Position numbers and translations under genes: made by a program. A stretch of DNA of 64,000 nucleotides from Candidatus Eiseniibacteriota bacterium (GTDB lineage: Bacteria > Eisenbacteria > RBG-16-71-46 > SZUA-252). Under the pieces are notes generated by a model. That model was not told where the DNA came from. It made no database searches and worked only from the letters and a program-made list of their open reading frames with translations. Below, piece by piece: positions 53,351-62,192 of the stretch (the stretch's first letter is position 1; each line of letters opens with the position of its first letter). The stretch lies in assembly GCA_963703225.1 (NCBI GenBank), contig OY969801.1, positions 1,568,001 to 1,632,000 of the forward strand. Direction: 5' to 3'.

Positions 53351-53989
53351 TCAATCGCCCTCCGAACGGGATCTGATAGAGGCGGCGTGGGCCACGGTCG
53401 GGGCGTCGGGCGCATCCGCCGCTCCGCCCGGCCGCAGCCAGCGGGGCGATAGAACCGGAGTCAGGCTTCCGTTCCGGAGCCTCGCGTAGAGGACGATCGC
53501 ACCGATTCCAACCAGCACCGCGGCGGCCCCGACAATCCCCGCCTCGGGGCCGTAGGCCGCGCCGGTCAAGAGCGACGGACCTTGGGCCATCGTCCGGATC
53601 ACGCTCGCCGACTCGAGATCGCCGCTCACCGGGAACCCATAGATCGCGCCCTCGAAGCCGAACCCGAATTCCTCGAGGGACCGGAGGTTGGGCCGCCAGC
53701 CGAGATCCGAAATGGGGCGACGGTCCAGAAGCCGGGCGGTCACAAACACGCTGATCAGCACAGCCAGGGTAAGGAGCGGTCCCACGATCATGTTGATCAC
53801 ATGATCGAACGAAGGTTGGGACATTCCCGGAAACGCCGCGCCACGTTTGTAGGCCGCGGAGATGGGGTCCGCGATGAAGCGGACGGGAAGAAGGAAGAGT
53901 CCTAGGCTAAGAGCGGCTTGAGCGGCGATCCGGAGGAGCGTTCGGGGACGTCGTTCGTTGGGATTCCAGAACAGCCCGATGACCCGCAT
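53351..53989 (-). pseudogene. CPBP/Abi (CAAX protease) family gene lacking its central catalytic region
   Basis: N-terminal NERR.R and LDRRP..DLG..FGFG joined directly to C-terminal G.IYGFPVSG..GP.LLTG..YGPEAG; no EExxxR or HxxxN. Confidence 0.6.
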
Positions 53990-54150
53990 GCGGGGGTTTA
54001 CGCGGGCCCGGCGAAGAAGGTTTCAGGCCTACCACTTCCGTCTACCCTATGCCCCTCCCGCCGGAGCATTGAAGCAGTCTCCCTCGTGACGATAGGTTAC
54101 GCGGGTTCCGGAGGCTGGACCTACGCCGAGGCCCCCACACGATTCCCCCC

Positions 54151-54849
54151 ATGGAGTTCTCCGTGGCCCACTGGCTTCCAGTTGCGGCCTCCACGTTCGC
54201 GCCCGAGGTCGACCGGTTGATCCTGTTCATAACGGTAATCGTCGGCGTGTGGTTCGTCGCCGCAGAGGCCGTGCTTTTCTACCTGATCTTCAGGTATCGC
54301 CGGCGCAAGGGCCGCGGAGCCGAGTACGTCGCGGGTTCCAGCCGTGCGCAAATGGCTTGGGTGCTCGTTCCCTGCGTGGCCATTCTCTGCTTCGACCTGG
54401 CGATCGACTCCGCCAGCGGCCGCGTGTGGGACTTTGTGAAACAGACCCATCCTCGAGCTGAACTCACCATCCGGGTGCAGGCGCGCCAGTGGGCGTGGAT
54501 CATGACGCATCCGGGACCTGACGGAGTGCTCGACACCGCCGACGACATCGTCACGCTCAACGAGATCCACGTTCCCGCCAACGCGGTCGTTCAGTTTGAG
54601 CTGAAATCGATGGACACGCTCCACTCGCTGTGGGTTCCGGAGTTCCGGCTAAAGCAGGACGCGGTTCCTGGAAGAACCTTTCGCGGCTGGTTTCAGGCCA
54701 CACGCCCTGGCCAATACCCGGTCCTTTGCGCCCAACTGTGCGGTACCGCCCACGGCCTCATGAAGGGGATGGTCCTGGTGGATCCCCCCGGCGACTACCA
54801 GAGCTGGCTTGCAGGCCAGGCGCACCCCAAGGAGAACAAGGGTTCATGA
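54151..54849 (+). CDS. coxB: Cytochrome c oxidase subunit II (CuA), no fused cytochrome c
   Basis: Two TMs, QWAW, DTLHSLW, KQDAVPG, CAQLCGTAHGLM. Confidence 0.93.
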   Translation: MEFSVAHWLPVAASTFAPEVDRLILFITVIVGVWFVAAEAVLFYLIFRYRRRKGRGAEYVAGSSRAQMAWVLVPCVAILCFDLAIDSASGRVWDFVKQTHPRAELTIRVQARQWAWIMTHPGPDGVLDTADDIVTLNEIHVPANAVVQFELKSMDTLHSLWVPEFRLKQDAVPGRTFRGWFQATRPGQYPVLCAQLCGTAHGLMKGMVLVDPPGDYQSWLAGQAHPKENKGS

Positions 54850-56531
54850 GTCACGACCTCCACGCGGCGCCGCAGAGCTTCCTCCGGCGCTACGTCTTCT
54901 CTACCGACCACAAGGTGATCGCCAAACAGTACCTCTTCACCGGGCTTGCCATGGCCATCATCGGCGGCCTCCTCGCCCAGATCATGCGGGCCCAGCTTGC
55001 CTTCCCCGGCCGCGCGATCCCCGGGGTCGGAGCCCTCGACGCCACCCGGTACAACACGTTCGTGACCATGCACGGCACGATCATGATTTTCTGGGTTGCG
55101 ATGCCGCTCCTGCTGGGGGCGTTCGGAAATCTCCTCATCCCGCTCATGGTGGGGACACGGGACATGGCGTTTCCGCGCCTCAACATGTTGTCCTATTGGA
55201 CCTTTTTCCTCTCGACCGTCGTTCTGATCGCATCGTTCTTCGTGCCCGGGGGCGCGTCGCCCGTCGGGTGGACGGCGTACCCGCCGCTCTCCGCCAACCC
55301 GGCCTATTCCGGCAACGTCTGGGGCGTGCACTTCTGGATCCTCGCGGTGGCGCTCGAGCTGGTCGCGTTTCTCATGGGCGGAATCAACTACATCACGACG
55401 TCGATCAACCTCCGAGCCCGCGGCATGAAGATGTCCGACTTGCCGCTGATCGTCTGGATGCAGGTGGCGGCCTCCATCATCTTTCTGTTCTCGGTGGGAC
55501 CCCTCATCGCCGGGGCCGTCATGCTCCTCCTCGATCGCACCGCGGGAACCGGCTTCTACAACCCGGCCATGGGTGGCGACCCGCTTCTCTTCCAGCACCT
55601 CTTCTGGTTCTTTGGACACCCGGAGGTCTACGTCATCCTCCTTCCGGGACTCGGGATCGTCGCCGAGATCCTCCCGGTCTTCTGCCGCAAGCCGATCTTC
55701 GGGTATTCGATGATCGTCTGGTCGACCATCGCGACCGGTGTGCTCAGCTTTGTCGTATGGGCCCACCATCAGTTCGTGAGCGGGATCGATCCCAGGCTGG
55801 CGGCTCCCTTCAGCCTCACCACGATCCTCATCTCGGTTCCCGTCGGGATCACGCTCTTCTCGTACGTCGCCACACTCTGGAAGGGCTCCATCGAGTTCAA
55901 GACGCCGATGCTCTTCGCGCTCGGGATGCTCGCCATCTTCCTGATCGGGGGCGTGACGGGAATCCTGAACGGCGCCGCCGGAGCGGACATCTACATCCAC
56001 GACACCTATTACGTGGTGGCGCACTTTCACTACGCCCTCATCCCACCGGTCTTCTTCTCGCTCTTCGCGGGTATCTATTTCTGGTATCCAAAGTTCTTCG
56101 GCCGAATGCTGAACGAGACCCTCGGGAAGATTCATTTCTGGGGGACGGCGATTTTCGTGAACGTGACCTTCCTGCCCATGTTCGTGCTCGGATTGCGCGG
56201 CTACCCACGCCGCACGTACGACCCGGCGCAGTTCGCCCATCTCGGCGACATGACCGCGATGCAGCTCCTAGCCACGGTAGGCACGGCGGGATTGCTCCTC
56301 TTCCAGATTCCGTTCGTCATCAATTTCTTTGCGAGCTTGATCTGGGGGCGCAAGGCCGAGGCCAATCCCTGGCTCGCGAACACCTTGGAATGGCTGGCGC
56401 CCTCTCCACCTCCCCACGGAAACTGGGGGGCAGATCTCCCGGTCGTCTACCGAGGGCCCTATGAGTACAGCGTCCCCGGGCGGACCGATGATTGGTTCCC
56501 CCAGAACGTGGCCCCGGAACGAGCCCCATGA
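54846..56531 (+). CDS. coxA: Heme-copper oxidase subunit I, A1-type, K-channel residues substituted
   Basis: TDHK, TMHG, DMAFPRLN, GWTAYPPL, FGHPEVY, WAHH, HDTYYVVAHFHY, PRR; ATG overlaps coxB stop. Confidence 0.95.
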   Translation: MSHDLHAAPQSFLRRYVFSTDHKVIAKQYLFTGLAMAIIGGLLAQIMRAQLAFPGRAIPGVGALDATRYNTFVTMHGTIMIFWVAMPLLLGAFGNLLIPLMVGTRDMAFPRLNMLSYWTFFLSTVVLIASFFVPGGASPVGWTAYPPLSANPAYSGNVWGVHFWILAVALELVAFLMGGINYITTSINLRARGMKMSDLPLIVWMQVAASIIFLFSVGPLIAGAVMLLLDRTAGTGFYNPAMGGDPLLFQHLFWFFGHPEVYVILLPGLGIVAEILPVFCRKPIFGYSMIVWSTIATGVLSFVVWAHHQFVSGIDPRLAAPFSLTTILISVPVGITLFSYVATLWKGSIEFKTPMLFALGMLAIFLIGGVTGILNGAAGADIYIHDTYYVVAHFHYALIPPVFFSLFAGIYFWYPKFFGRMLNETLGKIHFWGTAIFVNVTFLPMFVLGLRGYPRRTYDPAQFAHLGDMTAMQLLATVGTAGLLLFQIPFVINFFASLIWGRKAEANPWLANTLEWLAPSPPPHGNWGADLPVVYRGPYEYSVPGRTDDWFPQNVAPERAP

Positions 56532-56550
56532 GGGGGACCTCCTGTCAGCC

Positions 56551-57141
56551 TTGAGCGCGGCTCACGCATCGCCGATCGACGAACCCGAATCGGCACCCGC
56601 CACAACCGTTCCCACCGGGCGGTTGGGGCTTTGGTGGTTTCTTGCCTCCGAGATCGTGATCTTCGGAGGTCTGATCTCAATTTACGTCCTGTTCCGGTTG
56701 CGGCATCCGGAATGGAGCTCCGAAGCAGCGCACACCCTGACCGCAGCCGGCGCCGTCAATACCTTCGTCCTCCTCACGAGCAGCCTCACCATGGTTCTGG
56801 CCCACGAAGCGATCGAGCGAGGGAACCGCCGCCTGGCCGCGGCAGCCATGCTGCAGACCGTCTTCGCGGGAGCCGCGTTTCTTGTCATCAAGGCATTTGA
56901 GTACGGCCATGAGATCGCCGGAGGCTTCACGCCGGTGGCTGGGCTCTTCTGGTCCTTCTACTACGTGATGACCGGGCTTCACGCGCTTCACGTCGTGGGC
57001 GGAATGGTCGCGATCATGGCTGTCCGGCGAGCGCTGATTCGGGGTCAACACGCACGGCGTGTCGAGCTGGTCGGGATCTATTGGCACTTCGTCGACGTCG
57101 TCTGGATCTTTCTCTTTCCGTTACTCTACCTGTCCTCGTGA
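56551..57141 (+). CDS. coxC: Cytochrome c oxidase subunit III (short form, copy 1)
   Basis: WWFLASE, NTFVLLTSS, TGLHALHV, YWHFVDVVWIFLF; start uncertain. Confidence 0.9.
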   Translation: MSAAHASPIDEPESAPATTVPTGRLGLWWFLASEIVIFGGLISIYVLFRLRHPEWSSEAAHTLTAAGAVNTFVLLTSSLTMVLAHEAIERGNRRLAAAAMLQTVFAGAAFLVIKAFEYGHEIAGGFTPVAGLFWSFYYVMTGLHALHVVGGMVAIMAVRRALIRGQHARRVELVGIYWHFVDVVWIFLFPLLYLSS

Positions 57142-57152
57142 GTGAGGGGCCG

Positions 57153-57449
57153 ATGAAGGGCGCGGCGGGAGGCGCGGAGATTCGACACGTCAATTACGTG
57201 GCGATCTGGAAGATCCTCGTCGCGGCCCTCGTCGTGTCGTTGCTCCTGGCCCATTGGAAGATGCCGCGCCTCGCGGCAGCCCTCATCTTTTCCGTCGCGA
57301 TCGCGAAGGCGGCCCTGGTCGCGGCGTATTACATGCACCTCAAGTTCGAGCCTCGGTTCGTCGTCCTCGCGGTGATCTCCGGGCTCCTCTGTCTCTTGAT
57401 CCTCTTCGCCGGCCTCTCCCTCGACATGGTCCACGTCTATGGCAAGTAG
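57153..57449 (+). CDS. coxD: Cytochrome c oxidase subunit IV (COX4_pro)
   Basis: Three TMs; AKAALV..YYMHLKFE. Confidence 0.88.
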   Translation: MKGAAGGAEIRHVNYVAIWKILVAALVVSLLLAHWKMPRLAAALIFSVAIAKAALVAAYYMHLKFEPRFVVLAVISGLLCLLILFAGLSLDMVHVYGK

Positions 57450-58062
57450 CCCTGTCGCGGCCTTTCCGGCGGGTTCCCCGCCGGTCCACAGTCCGTCCCG
57501 GCGTCCCGGGCTCCAGAGCGGCGTGGTCGGCATGGCGCTCTTCCTCTTCACCGAAACGATGTTCTTCGCCGGACTCATCAGCGCCTTCATCGTTCTCCGG
57601 GGACAAGCTCCGGTCTGGCCACCTCCCGGCCAGCCGAGACTCCCCGTGGCGGCGACCGGCGCCAACACCCTCGTGCTCCTCGCGAGCGGCTTCGCAGTTG
57701 TCGCGGCCCTGCGCGCGGTCGAGAGGCAGGCCGCCCGGGTGCCGCAATGGATCGCCTGGTCGGTTGGATTGGGCTGCCTCTTCTTGGCCGTTCAGGGTTT
57801 CGAATGGGCCCGACTTCTCCGGTTTGGCCTGACCACTCACTCCGGCGTCTATGGGGCCACCTTCTACGCGGTCATCGGGATCCACGCGACGCATGTGGTC
57901 GCGGCCTTGATCTTTCTGCTGGTGGTCTGGCGTCGAACGAGCCGCGTCGGCGCCACGCTGGAGAGCGACGGCGGCGTTCTCCTCGCCACCATGTTTTGGC
58001 TCTTTGTGGTCGGTGTCTGGCCTCTCCTCTACGCGCTGCTCTACGAGCCGTGGCGGCGATGA
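57439..58062 (+). CDS. Cytochrome c oxidase subunit III-like (copy 2)
   Basis: GMALFLFTE.MFF, WPP, NT.VLL.SG, Q..EW, G.HA.HV, FW.FV..VW. Confidence 0.85.
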   Translation: MASSPVAAFPAGSPPVHSPSRRPGLQSGVVGMALFLFTETMFFAGLISAFIVLRGQAPVWPPPGQPRLPVAATGANTLVLLASGFAVVAALRAVERQAARVPQWIAWSVGLGCLFLAVQGFEWARLLRFGLTTHSGVYGATFYAVIGIHATHVVAALIFLLVVWRRTSRVGATLESDGGVLLATMFWLFVVGVWPLLYALLYEPWRR

Positions 58063-58355
58063 ACCACGAGCGGCGGAAGGTTTCGTCCCTGCGGACACTC
58101 GGTATCGCGCTGACCCTCTGGACCGGAGCCGCGACGCGGAGTGCCGTTGCGTGTCCCTTCTGCGCCTCAGGCGCAACCGGCACGGGGCACAGCTATCTCA
58201 TCGCGACGATCTTCATGCTCGTCATTCCCCTTGGCCTGATCGGCGGATTCACCCTCTGGGTGAGACGCTCCGCCAGGCCCGATGACGCGAGTGAGGGCAC
58301 GGATGGCCCCGTCCAAGGCGACGATTCGCCGCGGACAGGGCGTCGCGATGGCTGA
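58059..58355 (+). CDS. Small exported membrane-anchored CxxC protein
   Basis: Signal peptide ending AVA, mature N-terminus CPFC, one TM; translationally coupled on both sides. Confidence 0.7.
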   Translation: MNHERRKVSSLRTLGIALTLWTGAATRSAVACPFCASGATGTGHSYLIATIFMLVIPLGLIGGFTLWVRRSARPDDASEGTDGPVQGDDSPRTGRRDG

Positions 58356-59286
58356 AGTCGCCGACCACGATTGGGTCCCGATCCGAGGCAACGACCGGGA
58401 CTTTGTCCACGCCTACAGGATTCTCAATCCATTCCGCTTCGTTCGAATCCGATCGAAGCGCGAGCTCATGGACAAGCTCGAATGGGTCCTTCGGATGAGC
58501 GTCGCGCTCTGCTTCATCGGCCACGGCTACTGGGGCACCGTTTCCAAGCCCGGCTGGGTCGGCCTGATCACCCCGATGGGATTCTCCGAAGCGACCGCGT
58601 GGACCTTGCTTCCCTGGATCGGCTGGGCCGACATCACCCTCGGCGTGCTGATGGTCCTGAAACCGCGGAGCGTCCTAATCTGGAAAGCATTCCTCTGGAC
58701 CCTCTTCACGCCGCTGCTTCGCCCGTTAGCCGGGATGAGTTGGTTCGAGGTGCCCGAGCGGGCCGGCAACTACGGAATTCCGCTGGCGCTTCTAGCCATG
58801 GTGAGTGGGATGGGGCTCGTCCGGAACTGGTGGAACGGTATCGAAGTGATCGAGGCGCCGGAGGAATCGTTGCGGGATGAGACTCTTCATTTGGTGAAGT
58901 GGGTGCTCCGGATCTCCGTGGGCCTCCTCTTGGTCGGCCATGGGGGCCTCGCCGCGATCGCGCACAAGCCGCTCTTCATGGCGCACGCCCACGCCATCGG
59001 GCTCCCGGCGAGCCAGGCTCTCCTCAATGGCGTCGGTTGGTTTGAAATCGCACTTGGAATCGCGATCGCGGTCCGGCCCCTGGCACAGGTCGTCTGGTTC
59101 GCCCTCTTCTGGAAGCTAGCCACCGAGTTGCTCTGGCCGATCGCCGGGCGACCCATCGAGATCTTCGAGACGATCGAGCGGTGGGGGGACTACGGCGGGT
59201 GCGTCGCCCTGCTGCTGATCCTCTACTACGAGGGCCTACGGCCCCGGGCGCGGCCGACACGGGGTTTGAGCCCCACGGGATTTTGA
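58348..59286 (+). CDS. Internally duplicated DoxX-like membrane protein
   Basis: Two repeats LR.SV....GHG...K....G..(D/E)I.LG...E..ER.G(N/D)YG. Confidence 0.75.
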   Translation: MAEVADHDWVPIRGNDRDFVHAYRILNPFRFVRIRSKRELMDKLEWVLRMSVALCFIGHGYWGTVSKPGWVGLITPMGFSEATAWTLLPWIGWADITLGVLMVLKPRSVLIWKAFLWTLFTPLLRPLAGMSWFEVPERAGNYGIPLALLAMVSGMGLVRNWWNGIEVIEAPEESLRDETLHLVKWVLRISVGLLLVGHGGLAAIAHKPLFMAHAHAIGLPASQALLNGVGWFEIALGIAIAVRPLAQVVWFALFWKLATELLWPIAGRPIEIFETIERWGDYGGCVALLLILYYEGLRPRARPTRGLSPTGF

Positions 59287-59289
59287 GTC
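59254..59289 (-). repeat. 36-bp exact copy of internal tRNA-Leu(CAA) segment (att-like direct repeat, partner 62026-62061)
   Basis: CCGACACGGGGTTTGAGCCCCACGGGATTTTGAGTC at both positions. Confidence 0.92.
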
Positions 59290-59491
59290 GGTTCCCAGTC
59301 TCTCGCGCGACTGGAAAACAAGGATACCGAACGGCGGAGTCGCGTGGTAACATGACCCTCCGTTGAACGCACGGCCTCGGCCCCGAGGAAAGGAAGTTCC
59401 GTGCCCGCTTCATCCGAGCATCAACCTGCCGCGCAGTCCTTTAGGGTCCCACACCCGCAAGGCGTCGTATGAACTCCGGAGGGGCGACATC

Positions 59492-61925
59492 ATGAACCGA
59501 TCGCTCAAGGCTCTCCTGGCAATCGTCGCGGTCGCAGGCTTCGCGGCGGCCGCAAACGCCCAGACCAACACTCCGCCGGTGCTGGCCCCTATCGGGAGCA
59601 AGGCGGCCTGTGCGGTCGGCACCCCGTTCACCTTTGCCGCGACGGCGACTGATGCGGACATTCCCGCAAACACCCTGACCTTCTCCCTCGATCCCGGCGC
59701 TCCGCCGGGGGCGACGATCAATGCCGTGACGGGCGTGTTCAGTTGGACGCCGTTTAATGCCGGCGCTTTCCCTGCAACGATTCGGGTTACGGACGATGGT
59801 GCGCCCCCGCTGAGCGATTTCGAGGCCATCACGCTCGTCGTGCCAGCGGGGGCGCCGAACGTCCCTCCAGTCCTCGGAGCGATTGGCAACAAGACGGTCA
59901 ACGAACTCACGACACTGACGTTCACGGCAACCGCATCGGATCCATCCGCGTGTGAGGGAGGGACAAGCACATTCTCCCTCGACGCCGGGGCGCCGGCGGG
60001 CGCTTCGATCGACCCCGCCACCGGCGCCTTCAACTGGACCCCAAGCGAGGCACAGGGTCCGGGAAGTTATCCGATCACGGTCCGGGTGACCGACAATGGT
60101 CTCCCACCCCCGCCCCTTAGCGACTCGGAGACGATCACCGTTACGGTGAACGAGGTGAACGCGGCCCCGGTTCTGAACGCGATCGGTAACAGGAGCGGCA
60201 CTTTGGGCGTACCGGTCACGTTCACTGCGATCGCGACCGACACCGACATTCCGGCGAATACCCTGACGTTCTCGCTGGATCCTGGTGCCCCGCTGGGGGC
60301 AACGATCAACGGGTCCACCGGCGCGTTCAGCTGGACTCCTACTGGATCCGGGACCTTCCCGGTCACGGTCCGCGTGACGGACAGCGGCACGCCGACGCTG
60401 AGTGATTTCGAATCGTTTGCCATCATCCTGAGTATCGTGGACCCCCGCCCGGTGCTGGGCCCGATCGGAAATAAAACGGTCGACGAGCTCTCGACCTTGG
60501 CATTCACGGCGACCGCGACGGATCCAAACCCTGGAGCCATCCTCACGTTCACCCTAGACCCCGGCGCACCGGCCGGCGCGATCCTCAACCCTTCGACCGG
60601 AGCCTTCATGTGGATCCCCGCGGAGTCGCAGGGCCCGGGGACGTTCCCGATCACGCTGCGCGTCACGAACAACGCGACCCCACCGCTGAGCGACTCGAAG
60701 ACCTTCACGGTTACGGTACGCGAGGTGAACACGGCGCCGGTTCTCGCCCCGATCGGCGGCAAGACCGTCCAGGTGGGCACGCTCCTTGCCTTCACCGCGA
60801 CCGCGACGGACCCCGACATCCCGCCGAACACGCTGTGCTTCACGCTCGACGCGGGTCAACCGCCCGGGGCCACGATGACCTGCGGCACGGGCGTTTTCAT
60901 GTGGACCCCGTCGCCGGGGCAGGAAGGCCTCTATGTGATCACCGTGCGAGTTACCGATAACGGAGTCCCGCCGTTGAGCGACTCCGAAGCCATCACGGTC
61001 GCGGTGCAGCCAGGGTCCAGCGCGCCAACGGCCGATGCCGGTGGCCCTTATTCGGGAATCGTAAATAGCCCTGTTACCTTTGACGGGACCCACTCGTTCG
61101 ATCCGAACGGCGAGGCACTGACGTACGCTTGGAATTTCGGCGACGGCCACACGGGAACCGGCGCCAAGCCGGTCCACACGTACTCGGCTCCGGGGACGTA
61201 CACTGTCACCCTCCGCGTCACGGATCCGGGCGCGCTGTTTGGCGACGATGTCACCACCGCGTCGATCCAGACGTCCCTGCCCGCCAACGTGTTCTTCGTG
61301 GGAGGCTTCAACTTCGTCCTTCCCGCAGATCCTCGGGGCGTACATCCGGCTGGAGCCGATCGGCAACAATTTCCACACCACTGACGTGCTCCTACCCTCG
61401 ATCACGCTCTCGTACAACGGCGTCACGGTTCCGGCCCGCTGCAAGACGATCTCGGGCGGCGACACCAACCACAACGGCCAGCCGGAGCTTCGCGTCTGCT
61501 TCAAGCAGAAGGACATGAAGACCCTGTTCGCGAGCGTGGGGAACGGAACCACGACGGTGACCGCGACGATGGCGGCCAACCTCTCGAACGGCGGCAAGAT
61601 CAACGGCGACGTCTCAATCCGCGTCGTCAAGTTCAGCTCCCTGGATGCCGGCCGGCTCTCCTCCGTCTCCCCGAACCCGCTCAATCCTCAGGCCAAGCTC
61701 ATGTTCGTGACCACGGCTCCGGGCGAGGCTTCGGTGCAGATCTTCGACGTGAGGGGACGGATGGTTCGCGATCTCATGCAGCGGCAGTACCTCACCCCGG
61801 GCGTCCACGAGGTGACGATCGACGGTCGAAACGACCAGGGGAACAGGCTCTCGTCCGGGACGTACTTCTACCGGATTCAGTCGGGGGAGGGGCCGATCAA
61901 GGGATCGTTCCAGGTTCTCAAGTAA
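59492..61925 (+). CDS. Secreted Ig-repeat (He_PIG/cadherin-like x5) + PKD + FlgD-Ig C-terminal domain protein (apparent frameshift near 61323)
   Basis: Signal peptide; five P.L..IG...TF.ATATD...GA.I...TG.F.WTP repeats; YAWNFGDG PKD; PNPLNP..IFDVRGR.V..SG.YFYR CTD in next frame. Confidence 0.85.
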
Positions 61926-61961
61926 TAGTCGTCGATTCGGGCACAATCCGCGGAGGTAGCG

Positions 61962-61997
61962 AAAAGGGCCGACGCGGATGAACCGCGTAAGCCCTTT
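61962..61997. terminator. Bidirectional terminator-like hairpin between the Ig gene and tRNA-Leu
   Basis: AAAAGGGC..ACGCGG-loop-CCGCGT..GCCCTTT. Confidence 0.6.
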
Positions 61998-62002
61998 GGT
62001 AG

Positions 62003-62091
62003 TGGTGCCGGAGGTCGGAATCGAACCGACACGGGGTTTGAGCCCCACGGGATTTTGAGTCCCGCGCGTCTGCCAATTTCACCACTCCGGC
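62003..62091 (-). tRNA. tRNA-Leu(CAA)
   Basis: GCCGGAGTGGTGAAATTGGCAGACG-CGGGA-CTCAAAA-TCCCG, long variable arm, GGTTCGATTCC, CCGGCACCA. Confidence 0.97.
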
Positions 62092-62156
62092 ACCTAAGCC
62101 CTTGAATTCCGCGATGATAGCATCGCCCCCACTGGGGGCCGCCCACACGATTCCAA

Positions 62157-62186
62157 TTGACAACGGGCCACCAGCTTAGGCATAAT
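62157..62186 (+). promoter_or_regulatory. Strong sigma70-type promoter facing an ORF-free region
   Basis: TTGACA-N18-CATAAT; same 18-bp spacing as the tRNA promoters in this window. Confidence 0.65.
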
Positions 62187-62192
62187 ACTTAC

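Noticed and set aside
54720..54765. CuA motif with Gln (CAQLCG) as a defect
   Set aside because: That residue binds CuA through its backbone carbonyl and Gln is a common natural variant. All Cys/His/Met ligands are present.
59560..61010. Repeated DNA motifs as a CRISPR array or DGR-type template/variable repeats
   Set aside because: They are degenerate in-frame coding repeats of Ig domains. There is no fixed repeat-spacer pattern, cas gene or reverse transcriptase in the window.
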